Assembly (NCBI GenBank): GCA_019056785.1
Contig: DXJV01000029.1
Coordinates: 89,731-153,730 of the forward strand
Source: Candidatus Heimdallarchaeota archaeon
GTDB lineage: Archaea; Asgardarchaeota; Heimdallarchaeia; JABLTI01
Length of the DNA stretch: 64,000 bases
Reading direction: 5' to 3'
Of the stretch, positions 30,201 to 39,305 are shown in pieces. The notes beneath the pieces were generated by a model. That model ran no database searches, was not told where the DNA came from, and worked only from the letters and a program-made list of their open reading frames with translations. Both the position numbers and the translations under genes were made by a program. How positions within the stretch are numbered: the stretch's first letter is position 1; each line of letters begins with the position of its first letter.

Positions 30201-30766
30201 ATCTCCTCCACAAAGCGCATCATTTCTTGTCGTGTGGCTTTGTAACGAGATAACTTCAAAACCTTCCGGACATGGTCCGATATGAGAACGGTTAAAGCTG
30301 CTTCCGTACCCCCTGCAGAACGTATTGGCCCCGCAAAATAAACCGCAAGATACTTGGTATTATCATCATTTGATTTAATCTTTACTTTTGCGATTCCTTC
30401 CAATGGAGCAGCTGTAACTCCTTCTGTAAGAATGGCCAGCGCGGTCCGGATAGCTATGTCGGCTTTCTTTTCGTCTGAGGAGCTGGGATCAATGAACCGT
30501 CCCTGAGCAATTTCTTCGGCAATTTTGAACGCAACATTCTCTCGATCCATTGTTGTACTTAAATGTCGGATCTGCTCCGCTATTCCTGGCAACCCCATCA
30601 ACCCTTCCACTTTGCCGGCAACATCTTTTGCCAGGTGGATCTCTACTTCTGGTTCTGGGTCCAAGCCTTTTCGACGCGCTTCTTGTGCCACCTGATAAAT
30701 CCGGCGCACTTCCTCTTCAAGTGCATTGAAATAAGATTTCATCTGATCTGAAGTTGCCAGTTCCAC
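27263..30766 (-). CDS. polC: DNA polymerase II (PolD) large subunit DP2, no intein
   Basis: AGPIRSAGGT, GGFRIRYG, GARMGRPEKAK, HAAKRRNCDGDED catalytic motif, C-terminal Zn finger and PIP box QRSLTEFF. Confidence 0.98.
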   Translation of the reverse strand: MELATSDQMKSYFNALEEEVRRIYQVAQEARRKGLDPEPEVEIHLAKDVAGKVEGLMGLPGIAEQIRHLSTTMDRENVAFKIAEEIAQGRFIDPSSSDEKKADIAIRTALAILTEGVTAAPLEGIAKVKIKSNDDNTKYLAVYFAGPIRSAGGTEAALTVLISDHVRKVLKLSRYKATRQEMMRFVEEIDLYKRVVHLQIPTTAEQIEFAVQNLPVEVTGESTNPDEVSAFRDLPRVETNTLRGGACLVLNDGIVGRAMKILKTVKTVGLSGWDWLKSLKVAISEKQAQKEKEDFKAKTQPSYGYIKDIIGGRPIFAHPSKAGGFRIRYGHSRNTGLAGIGIHPATMKVLMDFLAPGTHIRTERPGKGSVVMPVDSIEGPTVLLKDGSVVKIETYGQAIKLQKRIAKILFLGDLLVGFGEFLENNHPLIPSGFVEEWWVLYLESRLKSKCNNDLQIAAKLLGMSPERLQEFLSNPITTKPTQLEALSFSYELMIPLHPYYTYAWHDITFDEFFELRDKILRARVTDKELIINLAKKRDALVLDPSFNAKVLLERIGLPHKIKDGYIIIDECNLILEHCMQLKNTTLHPEEIERDVRPPFKHLVPFEIKMKIPIYSGARMGRPEKAKERKMKPPVHSLFPLEMEGNGNSRLILEAAKKKTIEITVVQRECPKCNTITHLSLCPKCAIPTKILTSCPSCGRELAENDFCEQCNRYPVPYTTRMVDLSKDITRVKKTLGGSIPANTKGVKKLMNRNKIPELLEKGFLRARHDLNVYKDGTIRFDSTDIPLMHFKPKEVSASVEQLRAIGYTKDIRGQPLTTDNQILELKIQDVVLNIDNGEFLVRVARYVDDLLESVYGLPRFYNIKKISDLIGHLVIGLAPHTSSGITGRIVGFTTVKGNLAHPYWHAAKRRNCDGDEDAIILMLEGFLDFSKQFLPVTRGGSMDAPLTLGTVINPNEVDDESHAVDCVKRYPLEFYERSYDFIDSKKIAQIIDLIANRLDTLEQFENFHYTHETSDIALGPPSTIYSRLGKMVDKLEAQLKIAKMIRAVDLEDVAERVINKHFFPDMIGCLRAFGAQTFRCVKCNTKYRRMPLTGKCTNCPDGGKIILTVHKKTITKYYETAKKLMEDYNLSNYLKQRLELFNEAINEYFIQEKKTQRSLTEFFGEAA

Positions 30767-30853
30767 TACTTTTTCACGACACCGTTTAAGTTCTTATTAA
30801 TTTTATATCGAAGTATTTATTTAATAACACTAGTATGATGCTTCTGATTTTTT

Positions 30854-32455
30854 TTATGATAGAAGGAAGGAAGCATTACTAATAATTGGTGCTCCAACGA
30901 GTGATGGTACCAATCCCAAGACGATTATTCCAAGGGCAATAACAATATTAATGAAATTTATGAAACTCAAATCCGCGCCTATACCCTTTGGTTGTATAAA
31001 TGTTGCTTGTGCTGGGGGATTGTCAAAAACAAATTGCTTGAGGAGAGAAAGAAAACCGACTAACAAAAGCAAAAGAACAAAGATCAATGCAATAACAACG
31101 CCGATGAACTCGAGTTTGACTAAGGAAAAAAGAAGGAGATAGATATTCACCCCACCAAATGTTGGAAGAAGACCAATAAGAGAAGCAAGGCCGATGAGAA
31201 AAGTGAAGACAGTGAGAGGATATTCTTTACCAATGCCCTGATAGTTAATTACTTCTTCTTGTGCAGGCCTTTTCGACAAGAGATGCTCTTTCGCTGTCAA
31301 TGCAAGATAGCCGGCAAAAAAGACATTAACAATCTGCAGAGCAGTAAAGCCTAAAGATTCTTGCAAAAGCCCCGATTGCATTACAATAGTACTACTGTCT
31401 ACAATCATTCCCGTTGCAAACCCTGTAAGAACAATCCCGAGATTTGTAATAAGTGCAAAGATGACAATTTTCGAAAAGGTTTCTGCGGTTTTCTTTTTCT
31501 TAGCAACTTGATAAGAAAATAAGAATACACCTTGAAATGCTGTTAGCAATCCTATAATTAAAAGGACAAACGAATAACCATTGTTTGTAAGGACGGTCGG
31601 GGAAAAAACTACATACACAACCTTAATGATAGCCAAAAGGGCCAGACCACCTGTGATACTTGCGAAGGTTTGTTGAATAGTAGCAGAGCTGCCGCTAATG
31701 GCCTTTGGCATCCAAAGATTTAGAGTGATAAGATTCGCAAATAAGCCAAACCCAACGATAAATAAAGCAATTATAAGATAGATCGCAAACAAGCCATTTT
31801 GCGCTTTTACCGCCAGAAGTAGTTCTGGATGGTTTTTAATGTAATCAAGATTTACCGACCCTAGAAAGCCATAGCTCAAAATTACTCCTAAGAGGAGAAA
31901 GAAGAGTGCTAATGCGATAAGCAGATATGCTTTAACTACTTCTTGTCGTAAAAGCAGTTTATTTTGTTCGTTTGCCAGTAATAGTATAAGAGAAATACCA
32001 ACTATCGCCCAGGCTAAAAATATAGTGAAAAGATCATTGGCAATGATTGAAAAATTCATGCCGATGCTAAAGAAGAGAAGAGAAAGCAATGAAGACAATT
32101 GCCGTCGCTGCTCTCTTCTTTTTGTTGTTTCATAAACGAACATTAATATCAGCAAAGTGTTGATAATGATAAGCAACCAACCACTGAAACCATTAACCTT
32201 CATTTGAACACTGGTAGAAGGGCTATAACCTATTCCTATAGTACTGTTGTAAAAACCATAGAGAGTTTTTGTAGGGGAAGCCTTCACTTTGAAATTTACT
32301 GCAGCAAAAATAGCAGTATTAATTATCATATTTCCTGTGGCCAGTTCTGCTGCAAAATTACTCAGCCATTTTCGCAAACCAAAAAGGATGATAGCAATGA
32401 AGAAGGTTAGAAACATCGGAGAGAGCAACAAGAAATTGATTGAGACTTCAGCCAT
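30854..32455 (-). CDS. NuoN/MrpD-like antiporter-fold membrane subunit (degenerate)
   Basis: About 14 TM helices. DLFTIFLAW, G.VNL, LW.P.A and GL.PTFGG are recognisable, but the TM5 Glu and TM7 Lys are replaced. Confidence 0.75.
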   Translation of the reverse strand: MAEVSINFLLLSPMFLTFFIAIILFGLRKWLSNFAAELATGNMIINTAIFAAVNFKVKASPTKTLYGFYNSTIGIGYSPSTSVQMKVNGFSGWLLIIINTLLILMFVYETTKRREQRRQLSSLLSLLFFSIGMNFSIIANDLFTIFLAWAIVGISLILLLANEQNKLLLRQEVVKAYLLIALALFFLLLGVILSYGFLGSVNLDYIKNHPELLLAVKAQNGLFAIYLIIALFIVGFGLFANLITLNLWMPKAISGSSATIQQTFASITGGLALLAIIKVVYVVFSPTVLTNNGYSFVLLIIGLLTAFQGVFLFSYQVAKKKKTAETFSKIVIFALITNLGIVLTGFATGMIVDSSTIVMQSGLLQESLGFTALQIVNVFFAGYLALTAKEHLLSKRPAQEEVINYQGIGKEYPLTVFTFLIGLASLIGLLPTFGGVNIYLLLFSLVKLEFIGVVIALIFVLLLLLVGFLSLLKQFVFDNPPAQATFIQPKGIGADLSFINFINIVIALGIIVLGLVPSLVGAPIISNASFLLS

Positions 32456-32456
32456 T

Positions 32457-34376
32457 TTAACCGAGACCTCCTACTAAGATTAAGACTGAGGTTAAAACCA
32501 CCAGTGAAAGTATTGCCCAAATTATGCTGGCAAAGATGGACTTTAGCCGTATCCAAGCAAAAAACCTTTGAAGAAAATTAAGCGGCTTTCGCAGGAATAT
32601 TTCGCTTGTTTTATGAAGGTAATAGCCATTATTGATAAGCCGTTCAATACTCACGACAAACTTAGTTGCAGCAAGTTTAAGGAGAAACGGTCGCTCTGGC
32701 TTCCAGTAAAGCACAAAGGCGGCAACAAAAACACTAACAGTAAGTACCAAAAGTATAGGGGAAAGGACAATGTCACTAAAGAAGACTATAGGATAGTCCA
32801 AAGCATAGATTTTATTCAAAAGACCTGAAAAGAGGAAACTCTCCGGATAATTATAAAAGAGCAGGAAAATTCCAGCCACAAGCGACCAGCCTAGAGAGAG
32901 GAAGAGAGAAGAGAGAGAGGTTTTACTTATACCTCGGACTACATAATCGCTTGATAATTCTCTCTGCATTACTTTTTGAAAAGCACGTACAGTTAAAAAT
33001 GTCAATACGAAGAAGCATACAATGGCCACAACGAGTATCCCTTTCATAGTGGGGACCCGACTAGTTTTAAGAGCAGTAAAAAGCATATCACGACTAAAAT
33101 AAAGGCTTGTTGGGAAAATACCTGCAAAATTTACAATGGCTATTATACCAAGTATAAACAATACCCGATGCTCTTGCTTCATTCCTGCAACTTTTGGCAA
33201 ATCAGCCACACGTAACGACTCGAGTATTGCCCCAAAAACAAATGCTACAACAAAGAGAGATGGTAACCCAACGATAAGATTGAAGATTGCTGCGACATAA
33301 CCAACAGTAGACCCCGTACTAAAAGCAAGGAACGAGAAGCTTTGTTGTGCTATAGCTAAACCAATTAAAAGACGATTGATATTTTTTGTAGCAAAAAGTG
33401 TAAGAACGATAAAAAGGAGGGTGATCGCCGCAAACCAACCAATTAACTGTAATACCGAAGCAGAAAACAAAGGCGTTGCTGTTCCAACTTCTGCTGCACG
33501 AGAGTAAAAGAATGGTTTGAATACTAACAATAAGAAAAGCCCACTACTACCAATAGTTGTTGTCGTAAGCAACATCGAAGCAGGTAAAGGTGTTTTTGTA
33601 AGGTCGTTATCTTGCTGTTCGCTTGTTAATGGCCAGAAGAGGAAAGGGACTTGCGCACCTTTTATTAAAGCACCAAGCGCTAAGAGCATTCTTATGAGAA
33701 GTCGCGTATTGGAACTTGAGCCTAAAAGTATCTTTTCCGGTGGAGTCGGCCACAAAGTCAAAAGGTCAGCCAAATTGGCACTCTTAAAGGAAACAATCAT
33801 AAAACTAAAACTGAGAAGGATGAGAATGTCAGAGCAAAAATTGATAATCAGGTATCGCTTAGCAGCACTCGCGGCTTTTTGCCCTTCTTGCCCGGATTTC
33901 TTGTACCAATGAGAGATTAAAAAGAAGGCTCCAATGGAGGCAATTTCCAGGCCGCCAAATAACCAGTAAAGATTATCAGCAAAAATTGCAAAAAGTATTG
34001 CTGCTTGTGTCAATAGATAAAAGAACCAATATCTCGTTCTGGAAGAATCGTAACGCATAAAGGAAATAGAATATAAAGCTAACAATGCTCCCAGATTTGA
34101 AATGATACAAGCAAAGACGATAACCAATTCAGTTAGCCGGATGCCAGCGCTAATACCCGGCAACCATTCAACTGTAAAAGAGCCATAAGCATGCAAATGT
34201 CTAAGTAGAAACCAAGAGGTTATTGCTGTAGGTAAAAAGATAGTGAAAAACAACGTCCAGTCTCGAGTGCGGCCTTTAGCTGCAACAGACTCCTCCAATT
34301 GGGAGAGTAACAAATTAAAAAGGATGCCGATTAGAGGAAAAAGTATAACAAAGAAAGCAGTAATTGATCCGTTCAT
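32457..34376 (-). CDS. NuoL/MrpA-like antiporter-fold membrane subunit (degenerate)
   Basis: W.PG, YS..FM..D....RY, E(IASIG)..LISHWY, KGAQVPF..W and G.FP...YFSRD. Its start overlaps the upstream stop. Confidence 0.82.
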   Translation of the reverse strand: MNGSITAFFVILFPLIGILFNLLLSQLEESVAAKGRTRDWTLFFTIFLPTAITSWFLLRHLHAYGSFTVEWLPGISAGIRLTELVIVFACIISNLGALLALYSISFMRYDSSRTRYWFFYLLTQAAILFAIFADNLYWLFGGLEIASIGAFFLISHWYKKSGQEGQKAASAAKRYLIINFCSDILILLSFSFMIVSFKSANLADLLTLWPTPPEKILLGSSSNTRLLIRMLLALGALIKGAQVPFLFWPLTSEQQDNDLTKTPLPASMLLTTTTIGSSGLFLLLVFKPFFYSRAAEVGTATPLFSASVLQLIGWFAAITLLFIVLTLFATKNINRLLIGLAIAQQSFSFLAFSTGSTVGYVAAIFNLIVGLPSLFVVAFVFGAILESLRVADLPKVAGMKQEHRVLFILGIIAIVNFAGIFPTSLYFSRDMLFTALKTSRVPTMKGILVVAIVCFFVLTFLTVRAFQKVMQRELSSDYVVRGISKTSLSSLFLSLGWSLVAGIFLLFYNYPESFLFSGLLNKIYALDYPIVFFSDIVLSPILLVLTVSVFVAAFVLYWKPERPFLLKLAATKFVVSIERLINNGYYLHKTSEIFLRKPLNFLQRFFAWIRLKSIFASIIWAILSLVVLTSVLILVGGLG

Positions 34377-34795
34377 TATTTCGTACCTCCTTTCTGTAAT
34401 GAAGATTCTCGTGAAAAGATTTCTGGCTCACCGATGAAATCTTTTTCCTCATCCTGTGGTTCTTGCTCTTCTTCCAGCTCAAAGTTGAAATCTATAAGAA
34501 CTGTCGCACCTGTTTGGCGTAAACGCCGTTCAATGGTTAAACCAATGGCAAATAAGACAAAACTTACGACCAGTATGAGGATAGAGAAAATCTGAGGGAG
34601 AGCATCTTGTAAGCCACTTGATTCCATACGCAAGGCAGCTAAGGCAAGAAGGAGAATATTTGCAGAAGAAAATAGTAATTCTACGCCAAAAATTAACCGA
34701 AGAACTGTTTTACCGGTTATAAGGGCATACAAGCCAATGCTCAGCAAGATTATGAACGTTAACAAAACATAGGGTGTACCCGTAAGCCAATCCAT
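34376..34795 (-). CDS. NuoK/MrpC-like small membrane subunit with acidic tail
   Basis: SIGLY.L......LR.IFGVELL...AN; 3 TM helices. Confidence 0.8.
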   Translation of the reverse strand: MDWLTGTPYVLLTFIILLSIGLYALITGKTVLRLIFGVELLFSSANILLLALAALRMESSGLQDALPQIFSILILVVSFVLFAIGLTIERRLRQTGATVLIDFNFELEEEQEPQDEEKDFIGEPEIFSRESSLQKGGTK

Positions 34796-34801
34796 CGTTT
34801 C

Positions 34802-35116
34802 TTAAAGCCTCCTTCTTTTTTCGTTGTTTCTTTGTGGATGGGCAATAAATGAATCAATTTTGAGAAGAAACGACGAAGCAACGACACAGATAATCAACAA
34901 AAAAGCAACAAGAAATAAATCAAAAACACGTAATGACCACATGGCTTCAGCTAGATTTTTAACCCCGCTTCCCACAGAACTTACAAGAGCACTAATGTCT
35001 GAAAAGACAAAAAAAACAGTGATAAAAATAACAACAAGAAAACTCACTGTTACTATTCCTATCCCTCGAATGAACCATTGTGAGATTCTCTTTTGGGTTC
35101 GAAGCTTATTACTCAT
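34802..35116 (-). CDS. NuoJ C-terminal-half-like membrane protein
   Basis: Two TM helices; V..LAEAMWS..VFDLFLVAFLL resembles NuoJ TM5. It lies immediately upstream of the NuoK-like gene. Start set at ATG 35116. Confidence 0.55.
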   Translation of the reverse strand: MSNKLRTQKRISQWFIRGIGIVTVSFLVVIFITVFFVFSDISALVSSVGSGVKNLAEAMWSLRVFDLFLVAFLLIICVVASSFLLKIDSFIAHPQRNNEKRRRL

Positions 35117-35132
35117 GCTTTTTTCACTCTCA

Positions 35133-35564
35133 TCATAATTTTCGCATTTCTTTTTGATGTACTCGTTTAGAACGTATTTTGTAATAATCAACAGCAAAGA
35201 TGCTGAAACCTATTAATAATAATACAAATAAGAAGAAGGGCCACTTTGGTTGAGAACCTCCTTCCACAACATGAAACACCTGGTAAGAGAAGAATAAGAA
35301 GAAAACAAGCATTAGAAATACGACGATTATAATACTATACAGAAAGAAAGGGTTGAATGCCTTTTCCGTTTCAGGATTAGCTTTTAAAGGGGTGATGCCT
35401 TTATGCCCTTGGCTTTTTTCTTTGATTTGTTGCTCCTCTTTTTTCTGCATTGTTAAAGTTATTGCAATTAAAAGGAGAATCAGTAAGTTTAGGAGGACCA
35501 TTCCAAAGAGTAAGCCTTCAATCAACAATGTTCTCATCTTCCAAGTATTTATACTTCTTATCAA
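35133..35564 (-). CDS. NuoA-like three-TM membrane protein (degenerate)
   Basis: TM1, long loop (K...G), TM2 (FF.Y.II.VVF), TM3, as in NuoA. First gene of the Nuo-like run. Confidence 0.55.
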   Translation of the reverse strand: MIRSINTWKMRTLLIEGLLFGMVLLNLLILLLIAITLTMQKKEEQQIKEKSQGHKGITPLKANPETEKAFNPFFLYSIIIVVFLMLVFFLFFSYQVFHVVEGGSQPKWPFFLFVLLLIGFSIFAVDYYKIRSKRVHQKEMRKL

Positions 35565-35590
35565 GCATAAAAGCTTTTATTATTAATATT

Positions 35591-38293
35591 CTATTTGGTT
35601 CGCTTTGTGATTGTGAGTTGACTACAGATTTGCTGATAAGTCCCTAAGAGAAGCAGCTCGAGATTTGGAACGCCGCTATGAAGCCTTTTACCAAGTGTAA
35701 TGATTTTTTTCAAACTGGCTTCAATTGTCGCATAAGCCCGTCTAAAGGCATCTGAAATGATCAACTCACTAAGGTTGTTAATTTCCTCATTATCAAATGG
35801 TTGATAAGGATAGATTCTTCCCAGAATTTCCGGCGTTTCGCTATCGTTAGTTGTAATAAAGAAACGTGCGATCTCTTCAGAAACTGTGGGGAGTTTTATT
35901 GGCGAGAAACTAAAAAGATAATTCCGTTCTTCTTTTGCTTTAAACAATGGAATCGATGTGAAGACTTTCAAAGGCTTGTTATGTAACAATCTTTTCCCGA
36001 TTTGTCTGAAAATTTCCTGTTTAATTTTATAACTGGTTTTGACGAACAGTTGTCGCTGCTTTGTGCTTTCTGTCAAGCTTTCAAGTCGTTGATTGAGCTC
36101 CTGAGGGAGGGCAAGCCGCAGATACGAGTCTTGGATTTCCTTATGAAGTCGTGGTGAAAGCGGTTCTGGAAGTTCCATGCCAATATTGAAAAGAGTCCTG
36201 ATAGCATCATTAAGATTGCACCCCCATTTCTTAAAGGCTGTAAAACATTCTCGTGTTTCTTTTGGGTAATCAGACTCTTTGGAAGGAAGAGGTACCGCAA
36301 GCAATTGTAGAGAGGTGACGTTATTTGTTAATCCTTTAAAATTCACAGCTGTTGCCTCTGAGATCATCGCAAGCTCTTTTGTCATCAACCGCTTATTCAT
36401 CGTCTTTAATTCAGCTAACAACTTACGAGCATGTGGGATACTTCGTTCTTGTATTCTCCCTAAAAAGCCGGTTTCCAAATAAGATTTTTTATTTTCTGCT
36501 GTTATTTTTCCCTCAACTGCATCCTCCTCTATGTCCTTTAGAATTACAAGAATAGCTTTTGCTGTGGCTTGAAAGGCTTCATCTACATGTTGTAGGTCAA
36601 TCTCCACAAGAGGTTCAGTATTGTAGGTAGCGCCCTCTCCTGGCGAAAATGCGCGCACCCGGTTTTCCACGTCTTCAATTGCTCGTTCTATTTGACCTAT
36701 TAGCCATGTCCGCGGACCACTAAATGCTTGAATTAAATTCAGGATCAATCCAATCTCAATGGTTAAGGATTCCGAAATATTGTAAAATAATGCTCCCTCA
36801 CGTCCGATGGAGGGGAGAGTACCATTTATGAAAGAAAGGCTGCCGTAGAGATAATTGTGCGCCCAGAAGAAGGTGTCACTAATCGCCCTAAGAAGTGCCT
36901 GATTGTTTACTTGTTGACTTTCAGGCGTTGGTTTTGGCAATGTTATTGCGTCTTCCTTTCTCTTTGCCTTTTTGGCTTTTTTAGCTGGGAGGGGTCTTTC
37001 CTCAGATGAGGTTAGAGCAACTGATGGTATAGCCGGTGCTTGGGAGGAAGGAGATAAGGAAGCGTTTTTGGTTTGATTTGTAGCGTTTATTTCCCACATT
37101 AAGGCTTGAATTTCGACGGGCTTTGTAAATAAATCATTAATAATAGTAACAAACGTTGTACGATAGTTTGCAGGTGTAATTTCATTTGATGACTGAAGAA
37201 TTGCTCTTAGAAAAGCCTCTTTTAAGGCAAATTTCTCCAATAATTTACAAAGTTGTTTTAAATATTGCACTTCGAACGGGCGATTGCCAATGGCTTGTAG
37301 ATAACTTCGGATGAATTGCCAGCTGACAAGGTTGGTGTCTGAGAGCGACAGTTTCTTGACAACAGTGTCAATAGCCCGTAAACTTATCCCGATCGGACCC
37401 CTGCTTTTCAAAAGATTTTCTAGAAAGCGTTCAAAAACAGCCGGGAATTCCCGTTCATAGTAAGTTGTAAGGCGTTTAACAATATTACCAGTATAAAGTA
37501 AGAAAGGAATTAAACCCCCTTTCAAAACGAAATTGAAAAGGGTGGCGGTAACCTGCTCGCGATATTGTTCTTTGGGAAAGTTTTCCTGGAATGAGTTTTT
37601 GAGTGAAAGAAATCCCTCCCAGTAAGATTGTTTGCCAAAAAAAGCTGTGAAGGGCAGCTTTTCAAAGAACAAGGGATAAGATTGTTCTTCTACCCATTTA
37701 GAAAAATTGGCGATTTCTTCCTCTAGGAGAGAATCGTTGGAGGGAAAATTAGAAAAACGATCTTTTTCCTGGAGAAATTTAGGGGTTTCATAAAAGAGTG
37801 ACCTCTTCGCACGCTTACGGAAATCAGCGATGGCTTCTGCGAGGATTTCAATTGTCTCTCTACTCGAGGGAATATACCCTTCGACATTTCCTGTGGCCAG
37901 TTTCTTTGCCAGATGTGGCTTTGAACAAATTACTACCATTAAAGAATAACATAATTCGCTCAACGAAAGCTCTTGTGCACGGGTTAATTCTCCTTCTTGT
38001 ACAATGATGGCCACCTTCATTTGAGCGCTATGAAGGAGCTCAGGATTAACCAACCCCAGAGAATTATTAATCTGTGTTAGATGACGAATATAAATGTGAG
38101 CATTAAAAAGCTCAGAATGACGCAATTCTCCTTGTTGGAGAAGCTCTTGAAACATTGTTGACATGCCTGCAAGAGCGCCACTAAGAAGGGTTGCATCGGT
38201 TTGATCCTCCTGAAAAAGACCCGCCGTGATAAAGGGAACGGAACCTGTCATAACCACAAGATCAATTTTTTTCGCTTGTAATTCCATTCCCAT
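35591..38293 (-). CDS. Large hypothetical protein with N-terminal longin/roadblock-like domain
   Basis: 900 aa. The N-terminus D..LLSGAL.GM..MF.E.....ELR resembles the Asgard longin-type motif; the rest is unassigned and mostly helical. Confidence 0.6.
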   Translation of the reverse strand: MGMELQAKKIDLVVMTGSVPFITAGLFQEDQTDATLLSGALAGMSTMFQELLQQGELRHSELFNAHIYIRHLTQINNSLGLVNPELLHSAQMKVAIIVQEGELTRAQELSLSELCYSLMVVICSKPHLAKKLATGNVEGYIPSSRETIEILAEAIADFRKRAKRSLFYETPKFLQEKDRFSNFPSNDSLLEEEIANFSKWVEEQSYPLFFEKLPFTAFFGKQSYWEGFLSLKNSFQENFPKEQYREQVTATLFNFVLKGGLIPFLLYTGNIVKRLTTYYEREFPAVFERFLENLLKSRGPIGISLRAIDTVVKKLSLSDTNLVSWQFIRSYLQAIGNRPFEVQYLKQLCKLLEKFALKEAFLRAILQSSNEITPANYRTTFVTIINDLFTKPVEIQALMWEINATNQTKNASLSPSSQAPAIPSVALTSSEERPLPAKKAKKAKRKEDAITLPKPTPESQQVNNQALLRAISDTFFWAHNYLYGSLSFINGTLPSIGREGALFYNISESLTIEIGLILNLIQAFSGPRTWLIGQIERAIEDVENRVRAFSPGEGATYNTEPLVEIDLQHVDEAFQATAKAILVILKDIEEDAVEGKITAENKKSYLETGFLGRIQERSIPHARKLLAELKTMNKRLMTKELAMISEATAVNFKGLTNNVTSLQLLAVPLPSKESDYPKETRECFTAFKKWGCNLNDAIRTLFNIGMELPEPLSPRLHKEIQDSYLRLALPQELNQRLESLTESTKQRQLFVKTSYKIKQEIFRQIGKRLLHNKPLKVFTSIPLFKAKEERNYLFSFSPIKLPTVSEEIARFFITTNDSETPEILGRIYPYQPFDNEEINNLSELIISDAFRRAYATIEASLKKIITLGKRLHSGVPNLELLLLGTYQQICSQLTITKRTK

Positions 38294-38483
38294 AATTGCT
38301 CACTTCAACTAACAAACTTTACAAAATGTGAAGATAATAATTAATAAAATCTTTCTTTAATTCTACCGAAGTATTTAGTTTGCTGCGAAAGGATAAAAAC
38401 CGCTGCCTTTTAAAGTAATAGCTTAACCACTCAAAAAAACTGAAAAATAAAAATGAGGAAAAGGAAAACATCAAATAAGGAAA

Positions 38484-39215
38484 TTAAATTTGATGCATCC
38501 ATAAAAGACTTCTATAAACATTTCGTATGCGGTCCTTTAATTCCGCTGCGGCTTTCGTTTCGTTCATCTTTTCAAGACCTTTAAGTACTTTGCGGCAGTA
38601 GTCACACTCTTCACCATTGATGACTTTTCGATTGTCAATATCAAGAATAACTTCTGTTTCATAGTAATCCTTTAAGTTAGGAGCAATGCCAATTATGTCA
38701 TAATCTCTTGGGTCAACAAACGTTTCAGTGTACCACGTGATTCGCAAGTCTTTCTTATGAACAAACAATTTAAGTGTGGCAATGGCAATTTCCATGAGAG
38801 CCAATTCGCCGGTCACAACAACTGTTTTACCGGTCATTACAGGCTTCATAACATATTCAAGGTTGTTGCCAAAAGTTTTGAGCATCAAGGTAATGCTTGC
38901 ACGGGCTTCAGGACGAGTTGCAGCAGAAGGCATTGCGGCACTTGCCATACCGGATGCTTGAGGGGTGGTAGCAGCAACAGAACGAGCTGCAACCTCTTCG
39001 CGACTCGTCCGCGCAATGGTAGAAGCACGATGTTGCCGTAAAGCGAGATTTTTATCTAAAAGTAAGGTAATGACGTGATCATCGTGCAAATAAGACACTT
39101 GCCATAAGCCGCCCACCTGGGTCTTGAGATCGTCAACATAAATAGGAATAGTAATGCTTTTATTGCAACCTTTGCATACGAGTGAAATTTCTTTTAAGGG
39201 TACCCTAGCAGACAA
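38484..39215 (-). CDS. Zn-binding N-domain plus folliculin/DENN C-terminal-like domain protein
   Basis: CKGC...H.DH...L.LD.N N-terminal domain, Ala-rich linker, then VMTGKTVVV...L....I.TL.......RI..Y......D..GI.P resembling the folliculin cDENN region. Confidence 0.65.
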   Translation of the reverse strand: MSARVPLKEISLVCKGCNKSITIPIYVDDLKTQVGGLWQVSYLHDDHVITLLLDKNLALRQHRASTIARTSREEVAARSVAATTPQASGMASAAMPSAATRPEARASITLMLKTFGNNLEYVMKPVMTGKTVVVTGELALMEIAIATLKLFVHKKDLRITWYTETFVDPRDYDIIGIAPNLKDYYETEVILDIDNRKVINGEECDYCRKVLKGLEKMNETKAAAELKDRIRNVYRSLLWMHQI

Positions 39216-39289
39216 CGATTATACACTCCGACTATTTTTTTACTATAACACTCACCTAATATGAAATCTATACTAATATTGTGGTGTTA

Positions 39290-39305
39290 AAGACTTTAAA
39301 GTCTT
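39290..39305. promoter_or_regulatory. Perfect 16-bp palindrome AAGACTTTAAAGTCTT centred on a TTTAAA TATA-like box; candidate operator
   Basis: Exact inverted repeat about 75 bp upstream of the 39215 start. Confidence 0.4.
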
